Positions 32,855-42,400 are shown, numbered from the stretch's first letter. The stretch: 64,000 nucleotides of DNA from Bacteroidales bacterium (GCA_017460915.1 JAFUAA010000049.1:18547-82546); one strand, 5' to 3'. Made by a program: numbers and translations. Notes: generated by a model from the sequence alone, not told the origin.

Positions 32855-33708
32855 TTCGCGGCCTCCTTTCCCTTCAGTATCGCGTGGATCTTGCGGCGCA
32901 CACGGCGCAGGTCGCTCTCCGAGTCATTGATCACGATGTCGATGTCCCTTGGGTCGGTCACGCCGTTGGCCTCGCACACCGCCGTGATGTCGGCTGCGCT
33001 CACGCCCTTCAGGGTGACGCACTTCCTTCCCACGCGGCTCCAGATCTCGTTGTAGCCCTTCCTGTTGGCCTTCACTCCCTTTCGGATGCGGAGCTCAAGG
33101 TGGCTCGTGGCCACCATGAGCAGGCCGCATTCGCCCTCAAGGGCATTATAAAGAGATATGAAGAAATAGAGTACCTTGTCGCTCAGTTTGTCGGCCTCGT
33201 CGAGGATGAGCAGCGGGGCTTCCTGCATCTTCAGGTAGCGCACCGCGTTAAGCATCATCTCGTTCACGCTCAGTCCGGCTGCGTCGCGGCCCATCGCCTG
33301 CATCAGCTCGTTCAGGAAGGCCTTGCGGTTCCAATATTCGTTGCAGCACAGCAAATACGTCTGCTTGTGCGCGTTGGTGTATTGCTTCAGGGCAAAGGTC
33401 TTGCCGCTGCCCGCGTCGCCCGTCACGGCCATCACAAGGGCGTTTTCCTGCACATCTTCGAGGATGCGCATCAGGGTGGTGAAGTCGCGGGTGGCCACGG
33501 CGTTCCATTTCTCTTCCTTCCAGCCGATTTGGGCCGCCACATTGCGCCACATGTCGTCCTTGATGAGTTCCCATTTTCCGTTCAGCATTTGGCTCACGGT
33601 GGCCGCGCTCACATTCTTCAACGAGTTGGCCGCCTTCGCCTGGCTTTCGTAACGCTCGCAGTAGTTGCGCAGCGCGTTCACGATTTGTTGTTTCTTGATG
33701 TCTTCCAT
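32851..33708 (-). CDS. MuB-like AAA+ transposition ATPase
   Basis: N-terminal HTH (NVSAATVSQMLNGKW), Walker A GDAGSGKTF, Walker B LLILDEADKL; directly downstream of the transposase. Confidence 0.75.
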   Translation of the reverse strand: MEDIKKQQIVNALRNYCERYESQAKAANSLKNVSAATVSQMLNGKWELIKDDMWRNVAAQIGWKEEKWNAVATRDFTTLMRILEDVQENALVMAVTGDAGSGKTFALKQYTNAHKQTYLLCCNEYWNRKAFLNELMQAMGRDAAGLSVNEMMLNAVRYLKMQEAPLLILDEADKLSDKVLYFFISLYNALEGECGLLMVATSHLELRIRKGVKANRKGYNEIWSRVGRKCVTLKGVSAADITAVCEANGVTDPRDIDIVINDSESDLRRVRRKIHAILKGKEAAK

Positions 33709-33728
33709 ATCTCTCTATTTTTGAATGA

Positions 33729-35678
33729 TTAGTACATGTCGTAGAAATTGTCGCCGGTCTCCTCCGCCTCCACCAGTTCGGCGTTGGCAGCCGCCAGCCT
33801 CGCCTTCGCCTTGGGCAGCTTGTGTTGGCCCCGGCTGTCGGTGATGAGCAGCTTGCTCAGGGTGGTCTGCTCCAGCAGCTCGCGGGCGCGGTCTTCCATC
33901 GGGGTGAGTTCGTCCATCAGTTCCTGCTCCTTGCGGCGGTTGAAGTCCATCACGCGCTGGAGTTCCCTTGCGTCGCCTTCCTTGCGGTCGGCCAAGGCCA
34001 TCGGCTGGATGTATTTCTCCTCAAGGGTGAACTGTAGGCTCTCGTCCTCGTTGACGGCCACGGCATAGTGGAGGTCTTCGGGGTCGTAGCGCAGCTGCCA
34101 GCGCGTCGACGGGTACTTGCGGAAGTGGGTGTCGAAGCAGTCGTAGTCCATCTTGCGGGTGCCGATGGTGCAGCGTATGCCGCACCCTTGCAGCAGGTAC
34201 CGGCGTTCGCCGGTGCTTTCCCCGAAGGCCATCAGATATTGGGCGGTCTTCAGCTCAATCAGGCCCTCGGCCTCAAATTGGGCCACATACGCGGTCTCCA
34301 GCTCGGCGCGTTCGGCCTGAATGAATCCGACGATCTGTCTCACGCAACCCTCGAAATCGGGGAACTGGTGCTTGTATTTGGTGATGTATTCCGTATTTGG
34401 CTGGAGCTCTTTGCGGCTCGTAATGCCGAAGCCGCTCCAGTTGGTCTGCATTTGGCAGTATTTCTTATTGAAATAGTTGAACCACGCCTCGATGGGCTTG
34501 GCCTTCGCATTCTTCACGCGGGCCGGTGTCACCTTGTCAGCCACGGTCTGATAGGTGGGTGTCAGGTTCTTCATGGCGAAGTGGTCGCTCTGAAGCTGGC
34601 CGACGCGGTACATGCGTCCAAACAATCGCTGCGTCTCGCGTTCTGCGTCGCGCAGGGCCTCGCGGATGAGGGCGGGGCTTTCGTTGTGGCCCACGGCAAA
34701 CCCGATGGGATAACGGCAGCATCCGTCGAGCACCACCACCATCGTCAGGCGGTTGTGGTAGGTCGTGGCACCCTTATCCGGCTTGTTCTGGTAGAGCAGC
34801 TCCACGTCCCAACCGTCCATCGTCCAGAAGAGCAGCGGGCGTGTAGGTGCGCTGCGCTTCACTTGCATTTCGCGTCCGGCACGGTATTTCTCCGCACCGT
34901 GGCGGCGGGCAAAGATGAGGTCGTCGCATTTGTCGCGCCACACCGCCACCGCCGAGGCCGTGATTTCCTTCCAGTCCATCTGCTGGGCCACCATATTATA
35001 GAGCCGGGCAACCTGCTCGTTGTCGAGGTTGCGCGGGTCTGACATGAAGGTGACAAGCATTGCCTTCTGGTTCTCGTCGGCCACCTTCGCCGCATTCTTA
35101 GATCCAGTCTGGTAGGCTTTGTGGACGAGGCTGGCGAAGCCCTCCGAGAGATAACGCTGGTATTTGCGCTCCAACGAGCGGGCGTTGGCGGGAAGGGTGT
35201 GGGGCCATTTCGTCAGGTCGAGTTCCTGCACGGCATCGCTTATCTCGTCCCAGAAGCGCGTCGCCCGGTTGCCCAGGGCCTTGCGTTTCGAGTTGCGGCC
35301 TTCGATGAGGCGGCGCACACCGTCGAGCACGATGGCGTTGGTATAGTATTCCCTCCGTTTGTCGGCGGGCAGGTGACGGTCGTCGTCAATCATGTAGTTC
35401 TCGAAATATTCAGAGGCCGTCGCCGAGTGTTCAATCAATCCCTCCAGCACATTCTGCCTGGCCTCCTTGCGAGGATCTCCGACGCGCTCCACGATGGCCC
35501 GCTTATATCGGTCGGGCATTGAGTCGTAGGCCACCAGAGCGGGTGTGTTGCGGCAGGCGCGACGCACCACTTGGATATCGCCACGCTGTCCAAGCTTTTC
35601 GTAGTTTGCCTTACTCATCACGCCCTGCTCAATCATCCATCCGGCTTCCACGGTCAGTATGTTGTTGTAGTATTCCAT
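33729..35678 (-). CDS. MuA-like DDE transposase (649 aa)
   Basis: RNase-H-like core blocks (LFWTMDGWDVE, VVVLDGCCRYPIGF, LQSDHFAMKN); size and synteny with MuB-like and Gam genes. Confidence 0.8.
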   Translation of the reverse strand: MEYYNNILTVEAGWMIEQGVMSKANYEKLGQRGDIQVVRRACRNTPALVAYDSMPDRYKRAIVERVGDPRKEARQNVLEGLIEHSATASEYFENYMIDDDRHLPADKRREYYTNAIVLDGVRRLIEGRNSKRKALGNRATRFWDEISDAVQELDLTKWPHTLPANARSLERKYQRYLSEGFASLVHKAYQTGSKNAAKVADENQKAMLVTFMSDPRNLDNEQVARLYNMVAQQMDWKEITASAVAVWRDKCDDLIFARRHGAEKYRAGREMQVKRSAPTRPLLFWTMDGWDVELLYQNKPDKGATTYHNRLTMVVVLDGCCRYPIGFAVGHNESPALIREALRDAERETQRLFGRMYRVGQLQSDHFAMKNLTPTYQTVADKVTPARVKNAKAKPIEAWFNYFNKKYCQMQTNWSGFGITSRKELQPNTEYITKYKHQFPDFEGCVRQIVGFIQAERAELETAYVAQFEAEGLIELKTAQYLMAFGESTGERRYLLQGCGIRCTIGTRKMDYDCFDTHFRKYPSTRWQLRYDPEDLHYAVAVNEDESLQFTLEEKYIQPMALADRKEGDARELQRVMDFNRRKEQELMDELTPMEDRARELLEQTTLSKLLITDSRGQHKLPKAKARLAAANAELVEAEETGDNFYDMY

Positions 35679-35697
35679 TTCTCTTGTTTTCTCTTTG

Positions 35698-35777
35698 TGC
35701 GCGGGTTGGGACTCGAACCCAACAGTTTACCGAGGCGTTTGAAGTGCTCCTCCCATCCGTTCAGCGGCCTACCGCGC
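35698..35777 (-). ncRNA. tRNA-like sequence (degenerate cloverleaf) with CUUCAAA loop
   Basis: Canonical T-arm TTGGG-TTCGAGT-CCCAA. 6-bp acceptor GCGCGG/CCGCGC. Candidate anticodon loop CTTCAAA (UCA). D-arm and anticodon stem are imperfect. Confidence 0.3.
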
Positions 35778-35824
35778 TACCATCCTCGTCAGTCTTATTC
35801 TTCAGGGTAGGGGTCGTGGTCTTC

Positions 35825-36025
35825 CTACAGGTTTATTCCGTTCTGCTCGGCCTCCTCCTTTTTTGCGTCGGCAAACGACGCAGCGGCCAACACAAAGAGC
35901 ATGGCCGCCGTTCCAATATGCCACCACGCTTTGTTGGCGATGGCACCGATGATGCAGACCAGGGCAAAGGCAGCGAGGCCGAACACCTGGATCATGTCGA
36001 TAATGTAGATTAGGCTGTGTCTCAT
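35825..36025 (-). CDS. Small membrane protein (66 aa, two TM helices)
   Basis: ORF track; hydrophobic segments. Confidence 0.4.
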   Translation of the reverse strand: MRHSLIYIIDMIQVFGLAAFALVCIIGAIANKAWWHIGTAAMLFVLAAASFADAKKEEAEQNGINL

Positions 36026-36037
36026 GGCGTTCCCTCC

Positions 36038-36385
36038 TTACAGTTTGATTCTGATACCTTGTTTGTCGCTGTCGAACTCGTTGTCGGCCTTCACGATGCA
36101 GAGCGCGTCGATGGTGCAGCCCTCGGCAGCAAAGCCGTGGAGGTTTTCCATCAGGCCGGTGGAGCGGTCGATGGTGACGAAGCTCTCAACCTTGGCCTCT
36201 TTCATGGTCTGAATGAAGTCGTGGACATCGCGTCCCCACAGGTGACCGTCTTCGACGATCTCTTCCTTGCTGCGGCTGTACCACCATGTCCAGTAGGCCT
36301 CAAGTTGGCCCTCGGTGAATTTCTCACCTTGTTCAATCCGTTTTCCCATTGCCTCGAAGTAGGCATTGTCTCTGTGTTTGTTCAT
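36038..36385 (-). CDS. Hypothetical early protein (115 aa)
   Basis: ORF track; early-operon position. Confidence 0.45.
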   Translation of the reverse strand: MNKHRDNAYFEAMGKRIEQGEKFTEGQLEAYWTWWYSRSKEEIVEDGHLWGRDVHDFIQTMKEAKVESFVTIDRSTGLMENLHGFAAEGCTIDALCIVKADNEFDSDKQGIRIKL

Positions 36386-36409
36386 TTCTTCTTTCTCCTT
36401 ATTTATTGG

Positions 36410-36580
36410 TTAGTATTCAAGTACTTTTCCATTGAGTGAGCGCAGGGCGTAAGTCCTAATCTTGCGGCAGATATCGGTGTCGCACTCGTAGTTCAGCGCA
36501 GCTCTAATTGTAGGGTAGGTTGTGTCCAGTGCCTTCATGATTTGCTTTCGGCCTCCGTGGTTAATCTTTATCATTTTCAT
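36410..36580 (-). CDS. Ner/Cro-position small DNA-binding protein (56 aa)
   Basis: Start set at MKMIKINHGG..; HTH-like IMKALDTTYPTIRAAL; divergent from the repressor gene. Confidence 0.45.
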   Translation of the reverse strand: MKMIKINHGGRKQIMKALDTTYPTIRAALNYECDTDICRKIRTYALRSLNGKVLEY

Positions 36581-36649
36581 TTTTTCTGTATATTTGTCGC
36601 CGCTTTCAAATTGAAAGACGCTGCAAATATACAAGAAATCTCGTTTAAT
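36581..36649. promoter_or_regulatory. Divergent promoter/operator region of the immunity switch
   Basis: Nested palindromes: tgtatatttg (36587..36596) / caaatataca (36624..36633), and ctttcaaattgaaag (36603..36617). Confidence 0.45.
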
Positions 36650-37048
36650 ATGCAAGAAAAATCGCTTAAAAAATCAATTGTAAAGCAAAATATTTTACAA
36701 TTTATTGAATTAAAAGGACTTACAAAATACGAATTTTACAAGAAAACTCGTATAACAAGGGGCGTTCTTGACCAAAATAATGGGATGAGCGAGGATAATA
36801 TTGCGAGATTTCTCGCCTGTTTCACGGAAATAGATGCCAATTGGCTTATCACAGGGGAAGGCTCCATGTACCGGGACACCTCCGTGATGAGCGACACCGC
36901 TCCGCCGGATCGTGACGAAGTTGTCAGGCTATTGCGCGAAAAAGTAGCCGACCAGCAGAGAATCATCGACCTTTTGGATGAGAAGCTCGAAGCTGTGATG
37001 GCGGGGGGGAACACCAACGAGGATACGGCAACCGCTGCTGCTGGCTAA
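36650..37048 (+). CDS. Phage repressor (HTH, Bacteroidota type)
   Basis: HTH (LTKYEFYKKTRITRGVLDQ) and NWLITGEGSM motif; C-terminal coiled coil; transcribed toward the element end like Mu c. Confidence 0.7.
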   Translation: MQEKSLKKSIVKQNILQFIELKGLTKYEFYKKTRITRGVLDQNNGMSEDNIARFLACFTEIDANWLITGEGSMYRDTSVMSDTAPPDRDEVVRLLREKVADQQRIIDLLDEKLEAVMAGGNTNEDTATAAAG

Positions 37049-37084
37049 CTACGCCTAAACCACACCTTAAAATAGTATCTTACA

Positions 37085-37513
37085 ATGAACATCACCTATA
37101 AAGAAAAAGACATTGTCCTCAAACTGCTATGTAGCGAAGAGATCGTCCCCGAAATTTCCATCGGAATAAGCAGGGAGGAGATCATCGAACAGTCGGGGCT
37201 TGACACACAAACCGTGGCATCTATTCTCAAGTATTTCGAGAGGAACGGATTGATTAGCGACCTCAATTATCGCCACTCGGCACCTTCATTCTCATTGGTT
37301 GTTCACCAAGAGGCATTTGATGTTCTCAACCGTGGCGGCTTTACCATGCAGGAAGAGGTGCTTCAGAAGGAAGTGCAGAAACTTCTGCTTGAGATTGAAC
37401 GACTGAAGCCGTCGGTTGGAGATAAGATAGAAACAATCTCCACCATCGCCAACAACATCGCCGGTGTCGTGGGGAGTTTTTTCGGCGGATGGAACAGCAT
37501 TAAACCGCTCTAA
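37085..37513 (+). CDS. Winged-helix + coiled-coil protein with hydrophobic C-terminus, co-oriented with the repressor
   Basis: wHTH-like SREEIIEQSGLDTQTVASILKYFERNGLI; coiled coil; C-terminal IANNIAGVVGSFFGGW. Confidence 0.5.
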   Translation: MNITYKEKDIVLKLLCSEEIVPEISIGISREEIIEQSGLDTQTVASILKYFERNGLISDLNYRHSAPSFSLVVHQEAFDVLNRGGFTMQEEVLQKEVQKLLLEIERLKPSVGDKIETISTIANNIAGVVGSFFGGWNSIKPL

Positions 37514-37882
37514 AAAATCATCCACGAAAGTCTTTACCCGACAGCCGTTCACAAGGTCAATGCCTTTGTATTGTTCAAAAAGGCGTTCCCCGTTTTGGCT
37601 GACGGTGATTTCTTGCGCTACGATCCTGCCACTGATTATGCTTTTTGCTTCGGGATCAATATAGTCTCTCTTCCTGATTTCAATGATTTCTTCGAATGCT
37701 TCCATTGCTTTTTTAGGTTAGTTTTGCGGCAAAAATACGAAAAAATCTAATAATACAACCATAAAATATTGAATAACAACAAAATACATAGATTTTTATT
37801 TGCGAAAAAACAATCATATAGGGTTCAACTCGCGTTGTTTTGCTGTATTATGTGGGTGAAGTCGAGCCTTTTTTTTTCGAGT

Positions 37883-37918
37883 TTTGTCCGCCCATTTGTC
37901 CGTCCATTTGTCCGTCCA
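37883..37918. repeat. Three perfect/near-perfect 12-bp direct repeats TTTGTCCG(C/T)CCA
   Basis: tttgtccgccca tttgtccgtcca tttgtccgtcca, in the noncoding arm of the element. Confidence 0.7.
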
Positions 37919-38264
37919 AAGCCACTTTTTTGGTAAAAAGTACCGTTGGATCTGGCATGAAAAAACGCCTTTCAAAGGGTGTTCAAAGACCCTTCAAAAG
38001 GCGTGTGTGGCGCACCATTTTCGTGGTGTCGGGGAAATGGTCTAAAAGCCTATAAAATCAAGGAATTTTGTCGTTTTTAGGTCAGAAAATTAAACCCACA
38101 GCGGCTCCAATTAAACTTTCGGCCACGAAACAGGCCCCGTTCCCCGGCATCCATTAAAGCAAAATTAAAGCATTTTGTACTTTTTAATTTTCGCTCTTTT
38201 TGTCTAACTCGCACAAAATCAACAAAAAGCATTTTTTATTTTTGTATTTTTCATTTTTATGCCC

Positions 38265-38398
38265 GTAGTTTAACTACGAATTTTGCGAATTTTACTAATT
38301 GCTGCGAAGACAATTCGTATGAATTTTGCAGCAAGCTGCACCAATTCTTACGAATAGGGAAATCGTTTTATTCGTATAATTCGTAGTTTCTTTACGCA
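38265..38398. repeat. Candidate transposase-binding end (L-end equivalent) with multiple TACGAAT / ATTCGTA motifs
   Basis: actacgaatttt, gcgaatttt, acaattcgtatgaatttt, ttacgaatagg, ttattcgtataattcgtag; ends ..tttacgca just before the lgt promoter. Confidence 0.4.
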
Positions 38399-38436
38399 TC
38401 GAAAAAAGTCTTATTTTTGCCGAAAAATTTGACATC

Positions 38437-39348
38437 ATGTTACTGAATTACATCACTTGGAACGTCGATCCCGTGCTGTTTTCCGTCGGGAGTCTTTCCG
38501 TCCGTTGGTACGGCCTGTTTTGGGCATTGGGCTTCTTGTTTGGCTATTTCATCATGCGACGCATTTACCGACGCGAGCACATGCCTGACGACTCGATGGA
38601 CAAACTGTTGATTTACATGCTGCTCTTCACCGTGGTAGGTGCACGTCTTGGTCACTGCCTGTTTTACGAGCCTGACTATTATCTCTCCCGTCCGTTGAAG
38701 ATGTTGGCCGTTTGGGAAGGCGGCTTGGCCAGCCACGGCGGTGCCATCGGCATCTTGATTGGCCTTTGGATCTATGTGCGTACCTACAACAAATCGAAGA
38801 AAGAGAAAGACCAACTTCAGCACATCAACTACATATGGATTCTTGACCGCATTGTGGTGGCGGTGTGCCTCGTTGGGGCGCTGATTCGTCTGGGCAACGT
38901 GATGAACCACGAGATTTACGGCACGCCCACTTCGTTGCCATGGGGCTTCGTCTTTCTGCGGGGGACGGAACAGTTTTGCGGCACCTTCGACAACTACACG
39001 GCTTGCGAAGCGTGGAATGCACCTTGCCCGCCCAGCGAGTGGTTGCCCTGCCACCCGACGGGTCTCTACGAGGCTTTCTTCTGCCTCGTGGCGATGGGTC
39101 TCCTGCTGTGGATGTACTACAAGCGCGACCTCGGTCACAAGCAGCCCGGCCTGATGTTCGGCACCTTCCTCGTCATCATTTTTGGCTCGCGCATTTGTAT
39201 CGAGTTCTTGAAAAACGTGCAAGTGGAGTTTGAGAAAAACATGACTTTCGACATGGGACAGTGGCTCAGCGTTCCGTTCGTTGTTATTGGCGTTGCAATG
39301 ATTGGTTGGAGCTTTTTCAATCGGAAGGAAACGGAATCAGAGGCTTGA
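38437..39348 (+). CDS. lgt: Prolipoprotein diacylglyceryl transferase
   Basis: Full-length Lgt-like sequence (VRWYGLFWALGFLFGY, GARLGHCLFYEP, GGLASHGGAIG). Confidence 0.9.
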   Translation: MLLNYITWNVDPVLFSVGSLSVRWYGLFWALGFLFGYFIMRRIYRREHMPDDSMDKLLIYMLLFTVVGARLGHCLFYEPDYYLSRPLKMLAVWEGGLASHGGAIGILIGLWIYVRTYNKSKKEKDQLQHINYIWILDRIVVAVCLVGALIRLGNVMNHEIYGTPTSLPWGFVFLRGTEQFCGTFDNYTACEAWNAPCPPSEWLPCHPTGLYEAFFCLVAMGLLLWMYYKRDLGHKQPGLMFGTFLVIIFGSRICIEFLKNVQVEFEKNMTFDMGQWLSVPFVVIGVAMIGWSFFNRKETESEA

Positions 39349-39421
39349 ATTGGGAAACACAAAATGAAAACCAGCGTTTGGAATTTCCGAACGCTGGTTT
39401 TGTTTTGGGATTTTAATAACG

Positions 39422-42400
39422 TCAATCCGAGTAATATTTCATCAGATAGTCCGACATACGGTCAGAGATGTCTTGTGCCAATTCGGTGCGTCCGTACTTT
39501 TTGGCAACGTCGCCGAAGAGCTTGAGCAGACTCATCGCCTCACCGAAGTCGTCGTCGTAATACTCCCTGAACTTGGGCTTCATGCCGCCGTAATAGACAA
39601 CCTGCTCGCTGTAGTTGTTAACCAACTTCCTCAGGTAGTCGTCGCCCTTCTCGGTCTCGCCGCAGCGGTAGTACATTTCAGGGAAATGGTAAGTGTGAAG
39701 TTCAGCGGGGAATTTCTCGTTGGGGAAGAACTCTTGGAATTTGTCCATCACGATGACGGCCGAGTCGAACTGGTTGTGGTTGACTAAAGCTTGTGCCAAG
39801 CGCGAATAGGCGAGTTGGGCATAACTCATGTTGCGCACGCTCTCGCGGTCGGGCACCACGCCGTCTTGGTTAAGGCTGCCCCAGTTGACAGTGCCTTCAT
39901 TGGCCTTGTTGATCAGTAGGTCGAAGCTGCCTTCGCGATACACGCCGCTACGGTAAGCCTTCACGTAGTCTTCGGCCTCAACGGGGATGAACCTGTAAGC
40001 CAGGCCTTCCATGTGGAGGTACTTGTCGATGCCTAGCACCTTCGACATGTCGCTGAACGAGGTAAAGTACACGGGGCGTTCCCAGTTGTTGGTGGCCATG
40101 AAGTCCAGCAGCATGAGGGCGTTCTTGTATATCCAGTTTTCGTTGATGTCCCAATCGATTTCGTCGACGATACGGTCGGCCATACTTTCGGGCACGATGC
40201 CGTTGCGGATGCAAGCCTCTTTGTCGACGGTGAGCTTCACGCTGCGGCAAGGGATGTAATTGTAGGAGGTGCCCATAAAGCGTTTCACGGCTTTGGGATT
40301 GCGCAGGAAGTCGATGACTTGGTTCAACTCCACGCGCTTGTCTTTGAAGTATTCCTCTTCCTCAATGGGAATCTGTTCGTTGACGCCGTTGTTGTATTCC
40401 TTCGGGGTTAGGGTGAGGGGCAAGCGCTCCGAATCGTACACCTTACGTCCCATCTGGTGGACGTACCAATAGCCGCTCGACAGCATGTAGCAGCACACGC
40501 GCACGTCGGTGCGGAAGCCTTCCACTTCTTGCACATACCACATGGGGAAGGTGTCGTTGTCGCCACGCGAGAAGATGATGGCGTTGGGTGGCAACTGCGC
40601 AAGGTAGTTGCGTGCCCAGTCGCGGGCCGAGGTCTTTCCCGAGCGGTTGTGCTCTTCCCAGCCATTGGCAGCCAGATTGCAAGGCACGGCCAAGAAGCAA
40701 ATCAGGCCGATGGCAACAACGGTTATCAGGGTCTCTTTCTTCAGCAGCTTGTTGATCCAGTCGATGAGGGCGATGACGCCGAAGCCAATCCAAATGGCGA
40801 AGGCGTAGAAAGAGCCAGCGTAGCTGTAGTCGCGCTCTCGAGGCTGGTTAGGCGTTTGGTTGAGGTAGATGATGATGGCCAATCCGGTCAGGAAAAACAG
40901 CAGGAAGATAATCCAACTCTGTTTCAGGTCTTTCTTGAGTAGCCAGAAAAGGCCGATGAGGCCGAGGATGAGCGGCAGGAAGTAATAGGTGGTGCGACCT
41001 GGGTTTTGGAGGCTTGCAGGGATGTTGCTTTGGTCGCCGAGGCGAGCACTGTCGATGAAGTTGATGCCACTTAGCCAGTTGCCATGGCTCAACTCGCCTT
41101 GGCTTTCTATGTCGTTCTGACGGCCCACGAAGTTCCACATGAAGTAACGCCAATACATCCAGTTGCATTGGTAGTTGATGAAAAACTTCAGGTTTTGTCC
41201 GAAGGTGGGCTTGTTGACATTGACGGTCTCGCCACGGTAGTTCCTGATACGCACCTGCGTGCCGGTGACTACGCCTCTTTCGTTTTTGCGATAGCTTTCA
41301 TACATCTCTTGATGCGAGCCTCTCTGCATGCTCCACATGCGTGGGAATAGGGTTTTCATCTCGGCAGGATAGTCGGGCCTGCTTTGTTTGTTGTCGTCGG
41401 TAATGACGTAGCGACCGGCTTCCTTATCCTTCACATAGATGGGGTTGCCGTCCTTGAGTCCGCTGACAGGAGCGTTGTAGTAAGGGCCATAGAGCAAAGG
41501 CCAGCTGCCGTATTGCTCACGGTTGAGATAGGAAAGCATCGAAGGCGCGTCCTTGGGCTCGTTTTCGTTGATGGGCGTATTGGTGTTGGCGCGGATGGCC
41601 AGCATAAAGAATGAGGAATAGCCAATCAGGATGAACATAAACGAAAGGATGGCGGTGTTGGCAATCACATGCTTTTTCTTGGTGGAGTACCATAGCCCCC
41701 AAATGATGAGGCCGATGATGATGGCGAAATAAACGAAGGTGCCCACATTGAACGGTGCATGGAAGGTGTTGACAAAGAGCAACTCTGTCTTGCCCGCCAA
41801 GTTGACGATTTGCGGCACGAGAAACATGTTGATGAACCATAGAAATGCCACCGAAACCACACCAGCCAACACAAAGCCCCAGAACGAGGTCTTTTCCCAT
41901 TTCTTGAAATAGACCACATACACGAATGCGGGGATACACAGCAAGTTGAGCAAGTGCACGCCGATACTCAGGCCGATGAGGAAAGCGATGAAAATGATCC
42001 ATCGGGTGCTCTTCGGGTCGTCGGCCACTTGTTCCCATTTCAGGATGGCCCAAAACGTGACGGCAGTGAAGAACGACGACATGGCATAGACCTCGCCCTC
42101 CACGGCGTTGAACCAGAACGATTCGGTGAAGGTGTAGGCCACTGCGCCGACGAAGCCAGCCAGCAGCACACCTATTTTATTAGTCCACGGGGCGTCTTCG
42201 CCGTCTTTCATCCACACTTTGCGTGCCAGCATCGTGATGGTCCAGAAGAGGAAGACAATGGTGAGGCCACTGCAAATGGCCGACATCACGTTGACCATCA
42301 TGGCCACCTTGGTAACGTCGCCGCCCGCAAAGAGCGAGAAAAAGCGTCCAATCATTTGGAACAGTGGTGCCCCAGGCGGGTGACCCACTTGCAGTTTGTA

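Larger units (their letters stand above)
18949..38398 (-). mobile_element. Mu-like transposable prophage-derived element (~19.4 kb) carrying a DGR; boundaries approximate
   Basis: Mu-type gene order on the - strand: repressor, Ner-like, MuA-like, MuB-like, GemA-like, Gam, ... mom-position module. Inserted between host sigma and lgt promoters. Both termini are rich in ACGAAT/ACGAAA motifs. Confidence 0.7.

Noticed and set aside
35698-35777. tRNA-like element considered as a genuine selC (tRNA-Sec)
   Set aside because: It is only 80 nt, with no long variable arm, no 8-bp acceptor and no 6-bp D-stem. No selA/selB or SECIS context is present. It is kept only as a degenerate tRNA-like candidate.
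37292-37705. 137-aa - strand ORF at the L-end side
   Set aside because: About 220 nt of it is antisense to the better-supported gene 37085..37513, and that part translates to junk-like sequence. At most the first ~65 codons could be real.
37840-38055. 71-aa ORF containing CPPICPSICPS
   Set aside because: The odd peptide is just the translation of the 12-bp tandem repeat. The context is an AT-rich noncoding arm with no supporting features.
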